A DNA stretch of 64,000 nt from Candidatus Poribacteria bacterium (GTDB lineage Bacteria > Poribacteria > WGA-4E > WGA-3G), in assembly GCA_965242965.1 (NCBI GenBank), contig OZ251518.1, forward strand, positions 2,624,001-2,688,000. Reading direction: 5' to 3'. The notes below the pieces were generated by a model. That model saw only the letters and a list, made by a program, of their open reading frames with translations, did not search any database and was not told the DNA's origin. The position numbers and the translations under genes are program-made. Shown piece after piece: positions 1-10,910 of this stretch. Each line of letters starts with the position of its first letter. Within the stretch, counting starts at the first letter, position 1.

Positions 1-1
1 G

Positions 2-973
2 AATGCCATCGGAATGGTTTATCCGTTTCCGCGCAGGGAAGGCGGACTCGCCATTGCGTTCGGATACAATCGCGCGCAAAATTTTGATACCCAAACCGCC
101 ATTCAGGGCATCGACCCGGGCACCGAGACAGAGTTCAGCGGGCTCGCCGTTGATGAAACCAACGTTAACACCGGCGGTATCGGGATTTGGAGTTTTGGCG
201 CAAGCATGTCTCTTACCAAGCGCATCCTCATCGGCGGCTCGGTCGATTTCTGGCAAGGACATAGCCTCAATGAACTTGACACAACCGCCACCGACATCGG
301 CAACAGCGACAGCGAATTGGCGCGCTTTAGATATGATGACGAGACAGACCGGGAATATTCAGGCATCGGCGGTAGGATAGGGTTGCTGGCGCACGTGACA
401 GATGCTATCAGTCTCGGAGTTACCCTCGTCTCGCCGATAGAACTCAGCGTTGACGAATATTGGTATCAAGGCACCGTCGCCTATTATGACGATGGGGAGC
501 AGATATCGGATGCGGCGAGCGGCACCCAGGCGTTTGATATTGAACGGCCGTTTGAAATCGGGACAGGCATCGCCATCAAACTGCTGGACAAACGCCTCAT
601 CTTGGCAGGCGATGTCCAACTCACCGACTGGACGCAAACCCGCTATGATCCGGTGCCTGCGGATGACATCTCGCAGAACAATTTTGAGAAATTCTACGCC
701 ACCACGCTTCAAGCGCGACTCGGCGCAGAATATCGCATCCCGGTAATTGATACGCACGTCCGCCTCGGCTATTTTCGCGATACAATCCCGTTCACGGAAA
801 CTGACGTTGAGAACGAACGCGATTTCTTGACGATGGGTGTCGGCAAGGTTTTTGAGAATATGCTGAAGGTAGATCTGGCGTATATGTTAGGCAATTGGCA
901 GCGCAGCAACAATGCGTTAACGACCGAACGCGTCACACATCGGGTTTTTGTATCGGCGGCGTATCGGTTTTAA
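2..973 (+). CDS. Outer-membrane beta-barrel protein, FadL/OMPP1/TodX-like (5'-truncated by window edge)
   Basis: Frame open from window start; alternating amphipathic beta-strands, 'DWTQ', 'LGAEYR', 'RLGYF', C-terminal 'AYRF' barrel signature. Confidence 0.7.
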   Translation, partial: NAIGMVYPFPRREGGLAIAFGYNRAQNFDTQTAIQGIDPGTETEFSGLAVDETNVNTGGIGIWSFGASMSLTKRILIGGSVDFWQGHSLNELDTTATDIGNSDSELARFRYDDETDREYSGIGGRIGLLAHVTDAISLGVTLVSPIELSVDEYWYQGTVAYYDDGEQISDAASGTQAFDIERPFEIGTGIAIKLLDKRLILAGDVQLTDWTQTRYDPVPADDISQNNFEKFYATTLQARLGAEYRIPVIDTHVRLGYFRDTIPFTETDVENERDFLTMGVGKVFENMLKVDLAYMLGNWQRSNNALTTERVTHRVFVSAAYRF

Positions 974-1013
974 GTGCCGGGCGAAGGTCTGTCCTGCGCC
1001 ATGCCGCAAGCCG

Positions 1014-1054
1014 AAAAAAAAACCGTCCATGGCCCGTTGGCCGTGGACGGTTTT
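1014..1054 (-). terminator. Intrinsic terminator, probably bidirectional, ending the ribosomal operon
   Basis: Stem AAAACCGTCCATGGCC/GGCCGTGGACGGTTTT with an A-run at 1014-1022 (U-tract on minus) between convergent genes. Confidence 0.7.
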
Positions 1055-1070
1055 CGGTTCGGTTGCGAGA

Positions 1071-1320
1071 TCGCGAGGGACAGGCCCTCGCGCTACGTTT
1101 TTCGCAGCGGGACGGTTTTCGATTCGGTTTGCGAGACCGCGAGGGACAGGCCCTCGCGCTACGGGCCGCGGGTGCATTGAACGCACGTGGGGACAGGCCC
1201 TCGCGCTACGTTTTTCGTAGCGGGACGGTTTTCGGTTCGGTTGCGAGATCGCGAGGGACAGGCCCTTGCGCTACGGGCCGCGGGCGCGTTGAACGCGCGA
1301 GGGACAGGCCCTCGCCCTAC
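1071..1320. repeat. Cluster of 5 GTAG-type REP hairpins (family A)
   Basis: Repeated CGCGAGGGACAGGCCCTCGCGCTAC units. Confidence 0.85.
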
Positions 1321-1341
1321 GGACACTGGCGGCAGGTTCGC

Positions 1342-1743
1342 TTAAACCAACTGGATATAAGCCATCTGCGCGCCATCGCCTTTGCGGAGTTCACCGCGGA
1401 TAATTCGCGTGTATCCACCGTTCCTGTCTTGATACCGCGGCCCGATTTCGTCAAACAATTTCTGAAAAACGTCGTGTTTGTCGAGCGCGCCACTTTCCCC
1501 GCGGCGCGGCGTGTAGTGCAAGTCGCGGCCGTAAAGCATTTTTGCCGCTTGGCGGCGTGCATGCAGGTCTCCTCGTTTTGCAAGGGTAATCAGTTTTTCC
1601 GCGACGCGTCGCAACTCCTTACATTTCGGTAAGGTGGTGCGGATTTGCTCATGCTCAAAAAGCGCGGTCGCCTGGTTCCGGAAGAGTGCCTTGCGATGGC
1701 TGGTCGTCCGTCCAAGTTTCCGTCCCTGTTTTCTATGACGCAT
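1342..1743 (-). CDS. rplQ: 50S ribosomal protein L17
   Basis: [23 protein letters not shown]...GGYTRI; start reassigned to ATG 1743; internal insertion; overlaps the rpoA stop. Confidence 0.97.
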   Translation of the reverse strand: MRHRKQGRKLGRTTSHRKALFRNQATALFEHEQIRTTLPKCKELRRVAEKLITLAKRGDLHARRQAAKMLYGRDLHYTPRRGESGALDKHDVFQKLFDEIGPRYQDRNGGYTRIIRGELRKGDGAQMAYIQLV

Positions 1744-2854
1744 CTTCTTCCTCCGTGTGCGTATCGTCAGTCGGCGGCGCGTCTTCATCCGGTGCCTCTT
1801 CTTCGGCTTCTTCGGCTTCTTCGGCTTCTTCCGTTTGCGCCACCTCGGTTATTTCCGGTATTCCCTCATCCAACTCAGCTTCCTCCGCCTCCAATTCATC
1901 GTCAAGCGGCATGCCGAGATAGAGCCCCATGCTGTCAAGCTGGTCCGTAATTTCCTTCAGGGAGGTTTTGCCGAAATTCTTATATTCCAGCATATCCTTC
2001 TCCTCTTTGGATACCAATTCCCGGATAGTCTTGATTCCGGCGGTTTTGAGGCAGTTTGCGGCGCGGACAGAAAGATCGAGTTCCGAGACCGGTCTGGAGA
2101 GGTATCTGTCTTGCCGCTGTCGCCGTTCGTCGATTTCCGGTGGTTTTTCTATATAGGACTCGTCAATGTCCATGAACCGGCTGAGCTGGTTCGTCAAGAT
2201 TTCGGCGGCGCGCGTTACTGCATCCTTTGGCGTGATGCTCGCGTCTGTCCAGACTTCAAGGTTGAGTTTGTCAAAGTTCGTCATATCGCCGACGCGTGCT
2301 TCCTCTACCCAGAAATTGACTTTTTCGACCGGGGAGAACTTCGCGTCTACGGGAATCATCCCGATGGCGTGTTTGGCAGGTCTGTGTGCCTCAGCGAGTG
2401 AGTAGCCGCGCCCGGTTCGGACATGAATCTCCATATCCAAGCCGTCGCATTTGTCAAGCGTGGCGATGTGCTGGTCCGGATTGATAATCTCAACGAGAGC
2501 GTTCGGCCGGATATCCGCGGCGGTTAACTGCCCGGAACCCCCTGCAGTAAGCACCAGCATCATCGGATCATCTGTCTCCATGCGGAACCGAATCTCTTTG
2601 AGATTCAGGATAATCTGGACGACATCTTCCCTGACACCGGGAATAGTTGAATATTCATGCTGCACCTGGCCGATCTGGACAGCCGTTATGGCGGCTCCTT
2701 TAATTGAAGAAAGGAGGACACGGCGGAGCGAATTGCCGAGGGTCGTTCCATAGCCGCGCTCAAAAGGTTCAGCCGTATACTTTGCATAATTCGGCCGTAA
2801 GGACGCTGTGTCCGTTATCAGCCGTTCCGGTATCAATAGCTCGGACCTTATCAT
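1733..2854 (-). CDS. rpoA: RNA polymerase subunit alpha
   Basis: [22 protein letters not shown]; CTD 'LSVRAANCL...[10 protein letters not shown]'; acidic C-terminal tail. Confidence 0.98.
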   Translation of the reverse strand: MIRSELLIPERLITDTASLRPNYAKYTAEPFERGYGTTLGNSLRRVLLSSIKGAAITAVQIGQVQHEYSTIPGVREDVVQIILNLKEIRFRMETDDPMMLVLTAGGSGQLTAADIRPNALVEIINPDQHIATLDKCDGLDMEIHVRTGRGYSLAEAHRPAKHAIGMIPVDAKFSPVEKVNFWVEEARVGDMTNFDKLNLEVWTDASITPKDAVTRAAEILTNQLSRFMDIDESYIEKPPEIDERRQRQDRYLSRPVSELDLSVRAANCLKTAGIKTIRELVSKEEKDMLEYKNFGKTSLKEITDQLDSMGLYLGMPLDDELEAEEAELDEGIPEITEVAQTEEAEEAEEAEEEAPDEDAPPTDDTHTEEEDAS

Positions 2855-3026
2855 TAATTTCCTCCTATAGAAGTGTGGTGTTTGTGCGGCCCGCGGGGAG
2901 GCTTATACCCAAGAGGTTGATGCGTCTTGTGAGACATCGGTGCATCCTTAGATGTGTCGGGCGGCGCGTTAACGACATCCGCCTGACACATTTTAGCCGG
3001 GACCCCCTTGGGGCCAGACAGAAGAA

Positions 3027-3659
3027 CTATCTGGAGTAAAGTTCAATGATGAGCTGTGTTTCAAGCGCCATTGCAATCTGCTCCACGACAGGGGCACCCT
3101 GCACGCGGCCTTCCGCCTTATCGGTGTCAATGTCCAGCCATTCGGGTGCGCCGCGCTGCTTCGCGTAATCCAACGCCTCCTGAATGACGGCAAGCTGACG
3201 GCTCCGCTCACGCGGCGTAATCACATCGCCTACCTGCACCGTATAGGAGGGGATATTCACCCGCCTGCCGTTGACCAGGAAGTGGTTGTGCTTCACGAGT
3301 TGACGTGCCTGGTTGCGGGAGGTTGCAAACCCGAGCCGGTAGACAACATTATCCAAGCGGCGTTCCAGAAGGCTAATCAAATTCTCGCCCGTGATACCGG
3401 TTTGACGCGCGGCTTTGAAGTAATAGTTGCGGAACTGCTTTTCGAACACGCCGTAGGTGCGCTTCGCTTTCTGCTTCGCCCGCAATTGCCGCCGAAAATC
3501 ACCCCGAACGCGACTCGGGGGTTTTTGCCCGTGCTCGCCCGGCGGGTAACTGCGACGCTCAAAGGCGCATTTCGGCCCGTTGCAACGGGGCCCCTTCAAA
3601 AAGAGCTTCTCACCCTCCCGCCGACATAATTTACAGACTGAATCTAAATATCTACTCAT
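3027..3659 (-). CDS. rpsD: 30S ribosomal protein S4
   Basis: MSRYLDSVCKLCRREGEKLFLKG; LERRLDNVVYRLG; IIELYSR. Confidence 0.98.
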   Translation of the reverse strand: MSRYLDSVCKLCRREGEKLFLKGPRCNGPKCAFERRSYPPGEHGQKPPSRVRGDFRRQLRAKQKAKRTYGVFEKQFRNYYFKAARQTGITGENLISLLERRLDNVVYRLGFATSRNQARQLVKHNHFLVNGRRVNIPSYTVQVGDVITPRERSRQLAVIQEALDYAKQRGAPEWLDIDTDKAEGRVQGAPVVEQIAMALETQLIIELYSR

Positions 3660-3733
3660 TGATTCCTCGCTATTAACAAGGTGAGGACAGACGCAAAACG
3701 AAAGCATGATAGCATTTGCGTCCATCCTGAAGG

Positions 3734-4105
3734 TTAAACGCGCCGCCGCTTCGGTGGACGACAGCCGTTGTGCGGGATAGGCGTTACGTCTTTCATCGCG
3801 GTAATCTGCAACCCCGCTTGCGCGAGCGCGCGGATAGAGGACTCACGGCCAGAACCCGGCCCTTTGACTCGCACCTCGACGCGCTTCATACCGTGGTCCA
3901 TCGCGCGGCGCGCACAAGACTCCGCAGTCTGCTGCGCCGCAAACGGCGTAGACTTCCGCGAACCCGTGAACGTCATCCCCGCATTTGCCCAAGCGACGGT
4001 GTTGCCGTTTAAGTCCGTAATCGTGATAATCGTGTTGTTGAAGGTAGCCTGGATATGGGCGATACCCTCAGGCACGTTCTTGCGTTCTCTTCTTCTTCCA
4101 CGCAA
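3734..4105 (-). CDS. rpsK: 30S ribosomal protein S11
   Basis: [16 protein letters not shown]; [18 protein letters not shown]; TTG start after AAGGAG RBS. Confidence 0.96.
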   Translation of the reverse strand: MRGRRRERKNVPEGIAHIQATFNNTIITITDLNGNTVAWANAGMTFTGSRKSTPFAAQQTAESCARRAMDHGMKRVEVRVKGPGSGRESSIRALAQAGLQITAMKDVTPIPHNGCRPPKRRRV

Positions 4106-4280
4106 AACCGTTTCTCCTTTAATACCAAGCGTCCTGTCTTGTAGGTTCGCCAAACGAGCTGACCTGGTTGGAATCATGCGATTCCAAACTACAGAGAGGC
4201 ATTCGGTATAAGATGTGCCGTGTAATCCAAAGGGAGTAGGCAAAATCCGCACCCCCTTTGAACCACACAGCCTCGCAAAA

Positions 4281-4676
4281 TTAGCCGCCCTTGCGTGCCG
4301 CCTCTTTCGCCTTCCTGCCGACGGAAATCGTGCGCGCCTTGCCCTTACGCGTCCGAGCATTCGTATTGGTGCGCTGCCCGCGAACAGGTAACTGCCGGCG
4401 ATGACGCAAGCCACGATAACTGTTCACATCCATCAGCCGCTTAATGTTCTGATCTACCTCGCGGCGCAAGTCACCCTCGACTTTGTATTCTTGGGTAATC
4501 TTCGTCCGAATCTGGTTCACCTCGTTCTCCGCGAGGCTATCCACTTTCGTCGCCGGATCGATCTCTAAATCGTTGACAATCTGCGATGCGGTATAACGGC
4601 CGATGCCGTAAATCGCCGTGAGTGCGATATCCACCCGTTTGTTCCGAGGCAGATCCACTCCTGCAATCCTTGCCAT
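4281..4676 (-). CDS. rpsM: 30S ribosomal protein S13
   Basis: [10 protein letters not shown]...[26 protein letters not shown]. Confidence 0.98.
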   Translation of the reverse strand: MARIAGVDLPRNKRVDIALTAIYGIGRYTASQIVNDLEIDPATKVDSLAENEVNQIRTKITQEYKVEGDLRREVDQNIKRLMDVNSYRGLRHRRQLPVRGQRTNTNARTRKGKARTISVGRKAKEAARKGG

Positions 4677-4700
4677 GGTTTTCCTCCTCGTGCTGCGGGA

Positions 4701-4817
4701 TTATCCCTGCCGCTGTTTGTGCTTCGGGTTAGCCGGACAAATCACGCGGATAACCCCTTTGCGCTTAATGACCTTACACCGGTTACACATTTTCTTAACA
4801 GAAGGTCTGACTTTCAT
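4701..4817 (-). CDS. rpmJ: 50S ribosomal protein L36 (not in ORF track)
   Basis: Manual translation [38 protein letters not shown], zinc-ribbon form. Confidence 0.97.
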   Translation of the reverse strand: MKVRPSVKKMCNRCKVIKRKGVIRVICPANPKHKQRQG

Positions 4818-4888
4818 GTCTCTTCTCCATTACGTCGGTATCAAGACTAGGAGTGTTTTCCTACCCGCGAAAAGGGCATCGTCCTGAT

Positions 4889-6220
4889 TTATCGCCGCCG
4901 GCTTCGGAGTTTCCGATCCTTGAGGAATCCTTCATAGTGGCGCGTCGTCAGATAGGATTCGATCTGCGACATCGTATCCAACACCACACCGACAACAATC
5001 AAAACGGAGGCACCCTCCACCATGTTGCCGATACCCAAACGGCTCGTGATGATAATCGGAATCACGGCGATGGCCGCGAGAAATATCGCGCCCGGAAGCG
5101 TGATGCGCGTCAACGTCGTGTTGATGTAATCCGCCGTCTGCCTGCCGGGGCGAATGCCGGGGATAAAACCCCCATATTTCTGCAAATCCTCCGCCATCTG
5201 AACGGGGTTGATTTGCACCGCCGTGTAGAAATAGGTGAACCCGACAATCAGCACCGCGTAAACAATCAAATATAACGGCGAGCCGGGACTAAACAGCGCG
5301 CTCGCGCCGAGAACCCATCCCCAGTCACGCGGCAAAAAGTTGAGGACGGTTGTCGGGAATTGAATAAGCGTCACAGCGAAAATAATCGGAATCATGCCAG
5401 CTGCGTTGACACGAAGTGGGAGATGCGTCGTCTGTCCACCAAACACTCTTCTGCCGCGAATCTGCCGTCCATATTGCACGGGAATCTTTCGGACAGAAAG
5501 CGTGATAAAGACGGTGCCCATCACTGCGACGATGACAAGCGCGGTCAGAAGCACGAGCTGTGGAATCCCGAAACTCGGATTTGAGAACAGATTGTTGAAG
5601 ACTGTTGTGATGCCGCCCGGCAATCCGGCGATGATACCGACGGTGATAATCAGCGAAATGCCGTTGCCGATGCCGCGCTCCGTAATCTGTTCGCCGAGCC
5701 ACATCACAAAGGCTGTGCCGGCTGTCAAAGTCAGGACTACCAAACAGTGCCACCAGAGGTCTGGGTTCCTTACCACCTGTTCTGCCTGTCCAGTGATTTG
5801 CCCCGGATTTCGCAAGACGATGCTAATCGTTATCCCCTGAATGACACTGAGGATGACTGTTCCGTAGCGGGTGTATTGCGTAATCTTCTTCCTGCCATCG
5901 GGTTCCTTAGAGAGTTTCTCCAAGGATGGCACAATGACAGCAAGGAGCTGCATGATGATTGAGGCACTGATATACGGCTGGATGCCGAGTGCGAAAATCG
6001 TCATCTGGCTGAAGGCACCACCGGAGAACAGATCGATGAAGCCGATGACGTTGCCGCCGCGTTCCATGAGTTGTCGGAAAAATGCCTCCAACGCCTGGTC
6101 ATCGATGCCGGGGAGCGTTATGTGGGCCCCGAGGCGATACACAATCAAGAACAACGCTGTAAAGATGAGGCGCTGCCGCAATTCTGGGATTTTGATAGCG
6201 TTTTGAAATGCCTTAATCAC
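4889..6220 (-). CDS. secY: Preprotein translocase subunit SecY
   Basis: IFALGIQPYISASIIMQLL; WLGEQITERGIGNGISLII; FIPGIRPG. Confidence 0.98.
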   Translation of the reverse strand: MIKAFQNAIKIPELRQRLIFTALFLIVYRLGAHITLPGIDDQALEAFFRQLMERGGNVIGFIDLFSGGAFSQMTIFALGIQPYISASIIMQLLAVIVPSLEKLSKEPDGRKKITQYTRYGTVILSVIQGITISIVLRNPGQITGQAEQVVRNPDLWWHCLVVLTLTAGTAFVMWLGEQITERGIGNGISLIITVGIIAGLPGGITTVFNNLFSNPSFGIPQLVLLTALVIVAVMGTVFITLSVRKIPVQYGRQIRGRRVFGGQTTHLPLRVNAAGMIPIIFAVTLIQFPTTVLNFLPRDWGWVLGASALFSPGSPLYLIVYAVLIVGFTYFYTAVQINPVQMAEDLQKYGGFIPGIRPGRQTADYINTTLTRITLPGAIFLAAIAVIPIIITSRLGIGNMVEGASVLIVVGVVLDTMSQIESYLTTRHYEGFLKDRKLRSRRR

Positions 6221-6667
6221 TTAAATCACCTCAGCCGTGCCGCCTTGTGACTCGATCTTCTCAATAGCCGTTTTTGAGAAGCGATGGGCTTGGACGTTCA
6301 GCCGTTTTTCGAGCACACCATCTCCCAGTATCTTTATCAGCGCGTTTTTCCGTTTGACGATGCCCTTCTGCCGCAGCGTGGCAGGATTCACAACGTCCTC
6401 CGCCTCAAACCGATTGAGGGTTTCAACGTTGACGACATCGTATGCCAATCGTTTGTGAGCGGTTCTTTGCGGCCCGCGCTTGGGGAGCCGCCGGACGAGC
6501 GGCATCTGTCCCCCTTCAAACCATGCGGGGATAGAACCACCGGAACGGGATTTTTGTCCTTTATGCCCGCGGCCGCAGGTGCCGCCCCAGCCGGAGGCAT
6601 TGCCTCTGCCGACTCGTTTTCGGGCGCGCGTCGCTCCGGGCGCGGGCTTGAGTTCATTCAATTTCAT
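6221..6667 (-). CDS. rplO: 50S ribosomal protein L15
   Basis: RVGRG...GRGHKGQKSRSGG...FEGGQMPL. Confidence 0.97.
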   Translation of the reverse strand: MKLNELKPAPGATRARKRVGRGNASGWGGTCGRGHKGQKSRSGGSIPAWFEGGQMPLVRRLPKRGPQRTAHKRLAYDVVNVETLNRFEAEDVVNPATLRQKGIVKRKNALIKILGDGVLEKRLNVQAHRFSKTAIEKIESQGGTAEVI

Positions 6668-6802
6668 CAGGATTCACTCCATAGACGCAAAACGCCTGTG
6701 TCTGAACAAATTACGGTTAAAGGGCTTCTGAATCTGTGCGTGAATCGCCCCGCGCGGACGGGGCATCACGTAACCGCCGAAAAATCGCCGCGTAGAGACA
6801 GG

Positions 6803-7315
6803 CTACTTTCTGTGCAGCAGTTCCTCCACAGTCTTGTCCCGTAGCCGTGCCACTTCGTTCACATCTTTGAGGCTTTTCAACCCCAGCATCGTGGCTTCGG
6901 CGATGTTTTTCACGTTCCGCGAGGAAAGGCACTTCGTCAGCGCGTCTCGGACACCTGCAAATTCCAGGATAGCGCGCGTAGCGTGCCCGGCGATAATGCC
7001 GGTGCCGGGGCTAGCCGGCTTCAGCAAAACTTTGGCGGATTTGAATTCGCTGATGATTTCGTGAGGGATAGTGCCGCCGACAAGCGGCACCCGAATCAGG
7101 TTCTTCCGGGCATCGGCGAGGCTTTTCTGGATAGCACCTGCCACCTCACTCGCGCTGCCAAACCCGATACCGACGATGCCCTCGCGATTTCCGACGACCG
7201 AAAGCGTGTTAAAACTCGGTGTCCGTCGCCCTTTGCCCACCCGCATGACGCGGTTGATTGCGATGGCGCGCTCCTCAAATTCAAATTCATCAGGGTTAAT
7301 TTTATCTCTCAGCAA
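6803..7315 (-). CDS. rpsE: 30S ribosomal protein S5
   Basis: INRV...VVGNREGIVGIG; LKPASPGTGIIAG; atypical loop 2. Confidence 0.96.
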   Translation of the reverse strand: MLRDKINPDEFEFEERAIAINRVMRVGKGRRTPSFNTLSVVGNREGIVGIGFGSASEVAGAIQKSLADARKNLIRVPLVGGTIPHEIISEFKSAKVLLKPASPGTGIIAGHATRAILEFAGVRDALTKCLSSRNVKNIAEATMLGLKSLKDVNEVARLRDKTVEELLHRK

Positions 7316-7357
7316 AAAATTCTCCTTGCCAATGCGCGTTGCGCACCTGCGGGGCGG

Positions 7358-7726
7358 CTAGAACGTGAGGCCCCCCGCTCTGGCGGCTTCGGCGAGTGCC
7401 TTCACACGTCCATGGTAGAGATGGCCGCCCCGGTCAAAGACAACTACGTCAATATCGCGCTGCTTGGCTTTCTCCGCGATGAGCGCGCCTACCTGCTGTG
7501 CCGCCGCCACATCGCCACCGGTGGAGAGTGTCTCCTTCAACTCCGGTGATAAACTGGATGCCGCGACCAGCGTCTCGCCAAGCTCGTCGTTAATAATCTG
7601 CGCATAGATATGTTTCAGGCTCCGAAACACCGATAGCCTCGGACGTTGGCTGCTGCCGCTGACCTTCCGGCGGATGCGTCTCCGGCGCCTGGCATGACTG
7701 ACGCGCTTCTTTTTCGTTGATTCCAT
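7358..7726 (-). CDS. rplR: 50S ribosomal protein L18
   Basis: [18 protein letters not shown]; [28 protein letters not shown]. Confidence 0.97.
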   Translation of the reverse strand: MESTKKKRVSHARRRRRIRRKVSGSSQRPRLSVFRSLKHIYAQIINDELGETLVAASSLSPELKETLSTGGDVAAAQQVGALIAEKAKQRDIDVVVFDRGGHLYHGRVKALAEAARAGGLTF

Positions 7727-7727
7727 A

Positions 7728-8294
7728 TTACGTCGCAGCCTTCCCTTCTTTATCCCGCACGCGTTCGCCATCGTAGCGAATGCCCTTACACGGTTTGTAG
7801 ATTTCAGGCTTCTTAATCTGGCGGATAGAAGCCGCCACCTGTCCGACGAGCTGCTTATCAATGCCACTCACCAGAATCGGCGTGTGCGTCTGTCCATCTA
7901 CCGTTTCCGTCGCCTCAACACTGAGCGTTATCCCCGGCGGGGGTGCATAAGATACGGAATGCGAATACCCGACATCAAGCACCAAAACTTTCTGCCGGTT
8001 GACTTCAGCACGGTAACCCATGCCAACCACCCGGAGCTTCTTCTCAAAGCCCTCGGAAACCCCTGTCACCATATTGGCGATGAGGCTTCGGGCCAATCCG
8101 TGCAGTGCCCTGTGTTGTTTCTGATCACTCGTCCTTTGGACGGTTATGACGTTTTCGTCAAGCGTCACATCGATTCCGAGCGGCAGATGCCAATCAAGAC
8201 TTCCCCTCGGTCCTTCAACGTGCACGTCGTTTTTGTTCAAAACCACCTGCACCTTATCCGGAATCGGAATCGGTTTTTGTCCAATGCGTGACAT
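7728..8294 (-). CDS. rplF: 50S ribosomal protein L6
   Basis: MSRIGQKPI; [10 protein letters not shown]; [12 protein letters not shown]. Confidence 0.97.
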   Translation of the reverse strand: MSRIGQKPIPIPDKVQVVLNKNDVHVEGPRGSLDWHLPLGIDVTLDENVITVQRTSDQKQHRALHGLARSLIANMVTGVSEGFEKKLRVVGMGYRAEVNRQKVLVLDVGYSHSVSYAPPPGITLSVEATETVDGQTHTPILVSGIDKQLVGQVAASIRQIKKPEIYKPCKGIRYDGERVRDKEGKAAT

Positions 8295-8363
8295 GCGTTT
8301 TCTCCCCATTCAATCAGTTGCCGGATGCCGCATTCGCGCGCGGCATTCGGCACGCGACTCGTC

Positions 8364-8765
8364 CTACCAGACATAACAGAGGACTTCACCGCCGATTTTG
8401 GCACTTCGGCACTGCGGCGATGTTTTCAACCCCTGTGACGTTGATAGGATAGCCACGCCGAGGTCACCGTAAACCCGCGGCAAGTTATCGGACTTGACGT
8501 AGACACGCCGGCCCGGTTTGCTAATCCGCTTGAGGTTCGTGATAACCTTCTCTTTCTTCGTGTTACCGTATTTCAAGTAGATTCTTAAAATCCCCTGTTT
8601 CCCGTCATCAATTGAACGGTAATCGTTGACGAACCCTTCTTCAGACAAGAGACGTGCGATTTCCGTCTTGACTTTGGAGGCAGGGATTTCAACGCGTTCA
8701 TGCCCAGCCATGTTGGCATTGCGGATACGAGTTAACATATCTGCAATCGGATCGGTCATCGACAT
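8364..8765 (-). CDS. rpsH: 30S ribosomal protein S8
   Basis: [17 protein letters not shown]; ISKPGRRVY; GGEVLCYVW. Confidence 0.97.
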   Translation of the reverse strand: MSMTDPIADMLTRIRNANMAGHERVEIPASKVKTEIARLLSEEGFVNDYRSIDDGKQGILRIYLKYGNTKKEKVITNLKRISKPGRRVYVKSDNLPRVYGDLGVAILSTSQGLKTSPQCRSAKIGGEVLCYVW

Positions 8766-8849
8766 GAAAGATTCTCCTTCTTTCGTTGATACAAACGCAG
8801 TTTCCGATGCGTATTTCCACATCGGCATCGGCTGCGCTGTCGCGCGTTT

Positions 8850-9035
8850 CTACCAGCTCGCCTTTCGGACACCGGGGATTTTGCCGGCGCGGGCGTTCAG
8901 GCGGAAACAGATGCGACACATTTCAAACTTCCGCAGGTAACCGCGGGCTCTGCCGCAACTTTTGCAGCGGCTGTAGGCGCGCGTGCTAAACCGCGGCGTT
9001 CTCTGCTGTCTGGCAATCCAAGATTTGCTTGCCAA
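8850..9035 (-). CDS. rpsN: 30S ribosomal protein S14, short zinc-binding (type Z)
   Basis: 61 aa, RCKSCGR...[16 protein letters not shown]. Confidence 0.96.
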   Translation of the reverse strand: MASKSWIARQQRTPRFSTRAYSRCKSCGRARGYLRKFEMCRICFRLNARAGKIPGVRKASW

Positions 9036-9054
9036 TTCGGATTCTCCTTTTCAG

Positions 9055-9594
9055 TTAGCGTCGGAACGGCATGCCTAGCAAACGCAGCAACTCGCGCCCC
9101 TCTTCATCGGTGCGGGCGGTGGTAACGACGGTTACATTCAAGCCGCGGATATCGCTCACCCTGTCATAGTCAATTTCCGGAAAGATGAGTTGTTCCGTGA
9201 GGCCTAGGGAGTAGTTCCCCCGGCCATCAAAAGCGTCCGGCGAGACACCGCGGAAGTCACGAATCTGCGGCAGCACGACGTTCACCAACCGGTTGAAAAA
9301 CTCATACATCCGCTGCTGTCTTAAGGTGACTTTGCATCCGATTGCCATGCCTGTTCTGACTTTAAAGGCAGAGACAGACTTCTTGGCATGCGTGATAATG
9401 GCGCGCTGTCCGGCAATCAGCGTCAATTCCTCGATGGCATCTTCCAATGCCTTCGGGTTCTGAATTGCCTCGCCGACACCGATGTTCAGCGCGATTTTGT
9501 CCAATTTCGGAATCTGCATCACGTTTTGGTAGTCAAAGTGCTTCTGCAATGCAGGGACAACTTCCGTCTGATAAAATGCTTTAAATGGGCTCAT
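9055..9594 (-). CDS. rplE: 50S ribosomal protein L5
   Basis: [16 protein letters not shown]; [10 protein letters not shown]; LLGMPF. Confidence 0.97.
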   Translation of the reverse strand: MSPFKAFYQTEVVPALQKHFDYQNVMQIPKLDKIALNIGVGEAIQNPKALEDAIEELTLIAGQRAIITHAKKSVSAFKVRTGMAIGCKVTLRQQRMYEFFNRLVNVVLPQIRDFRGVSPDAFDGRGNYSLGLTEQLIFPEIDYDRVSDIRGLNVTVVTTARTDEEGRELLRLLGMPFRR

Positions 9595-9694
9595 CAGCCT
9601 TTATCCTCTACGTTTCGCCTCTACGTTTCGACTGTCGGGTTGAAGTGGCGTATCTCCGCCGAGATGCGCCCACCGCTGGGTTCACCGCGATGCC

Positions 9695-9928
9695 CTAGTT
9701 TTCAACCTTCTTGAGGTTAGAAACATGAATGGTGCCTTCGCGTTCCACAACGCCGCCTTGCCCCATTTGACTGGGACGGAGATGGCGTTTAATCATGTGG
9801 ATGCCCTCAACGATGGCCCGGTTTTTCTCTGGAAACACTTCCAAAACTACGCCGCGTTCGCCTCTATTTTTTCCGCTGAGGACGAGCACCATATCATCTT
9901 TCTTGATATGCAGCTTTCTCTGTGCCAC
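9695..9928 (-). CDS. rplX: 50S ribosomal protein L24 (short form, 77 aa)
   Basis: KOW motif HIKKDDMVLVLSGKNRG; IHVSNL. Confidence 0.93.
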   Translation of the reverse strand: MAQRKLHIKKDDMVLVLSGKNRGERGVVLEVFPEKNRAIVEGIHMIKRHLRPSQMGQGGVVEREGTIHVSNLKKVEN

Positions 9929-9938
9929 AATTGTCCTC

Positions 9939-10307
9939 CTAAATCACTTCGGGCGCGAGCGAGACGATTCGGGTGAACGCTTTCTCTCTCAGCTCGCGCG
10001 CGACGGGCCCGAAGATACGAGTGCCGCGCGGCTGATTCTGCGGGTCGATGAGCACCGCCGCGTTCTGATCGAATTTGATATAGGAACCGTCTGCACGTCG
10101 ATATTCTTTGGCGGTGCGCACCACAACAGCACGGACGACTTCGCCCGCCTTCACCTGCGTATTCGGTGTTGCTTCCTTGATGCTCGCCACGATAACGTCA
10201 CCGACACGGGCATAACGCCGACGCGTGCCGCCGAGCACGCTAATGCACATCAGCTTCCGCGCACCGGTGTTATCCGCGCAGGTTAATCGAGTGTATGATT
10301 GAACCAT
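9939..10307 (-). CDS. rplN: 50S ribosomal protein L14
   Basis: ADNTGAR; [13 protein letters not shown]; IVSLAPEV. Confidence 0.98.
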   Translation of the reverse strand: MVQSYTRLTCADNTGARKLMCISVLGGTRRRYARVGDVIVASIKEATPNTQVKAGEVVRAVVVRTAKEYRRADGSYIKFDQNAAVLIDPQNQPRGTRIFGPVARELREKAFTRIVSLAPEVI

Positions 10308-10367
10308 CTCCGTATTTTTTCGTCATGACACTTCACAAGTGACACAACGAAAACCCTTTCTTCGCAA

Positions 10368-10646
10368 TTAGTCGTTTGCGGGTTGCACGGCACTGACTAC
10401 CGCCTGAACCCGCCACCGTTTCTGCCGACTCAGCGGGCGCGTTTCAATAACCTGCACCACATCACCGACGTTACACCTATTCCGCTCATCGTGAGCCAGA
10501 ATCTTCTTCGTCTTCCGGACCACCTTTTTGTAAAGGGGGTGTTGATAACGCCGGACTAGAGCCACTGCAACCGTCTTATCCATCTTATTGCTGGTGACAC
10601 GGCCCGTGCGCATCTTGCGATGTCTACGCCTTTCCTCGTTCAACAC
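10368..10646 (-). CDS. rpsQ: 30S ribosomal protein S17
   Basis: [12 protein letters not shown]; HPLYKK; [11 protein letters not shown]. Confidence 0.96.
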   Translation of the reverse strand: MLNEERRRHRKMRTGRVTSNKMDKTVAVALVRRYQHPLYKKVVRKTKKILAHDERNRCNVGDVVQVIETRPLSRQKRWRVQAVVSAVQPAND

Positions 10647-10855
10647 TATTCTCCCTGCCCTTCAAGGCCCGATGCACGCGCACGCAGAACTGTCTGCACC
10701 CGCGCAATATCCTTCCGGATCTTACCGACGCGCGTCGTGTCCTCAAGCTGTCCTAAGATGCTGCGGAATCGCTGGTTAAACAGATTCTCCTTCAGAGACT
10801 GCAGTTCCGACTGCAATTCCTCTGTCGTCTTGTTTCGTAGTTCAGCCGCTTTCAT
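10646..10855 (-). CDS. rpmC: 50S ribosomal protein L29
   Basis: [14 protein letters not shown]...LFNQRF...[10 protein letters not shown]. Confidence 0.95.
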   Translation of the reverse strand: MKAAELRNKTTEELQSELQSLKENLFNQRFRSILGQLEDTTRVGKIRKDIARVQTVLRARASGLEGQGE

Positions 10856-10910
10856 CTCTCCCTCCAAACCGAACAAGCCACGCGGCCCGTTCAGGAGACG
10901 CAAACCGCGT

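Noticed and set aside
895-1632. ORFs rich in 'RGTGPRAT/ARGPVPR/GQALALR' here and in other intergenic regions
   Set aside because: They are translations of REP hairpin clusters with no RBS or domain support
9695-9928. rplX as a truncated pseudogene
   Set aside because: No frameshifted C-terminal remainder downstream, intact operon position, and short L24 forms exist in other bacteria
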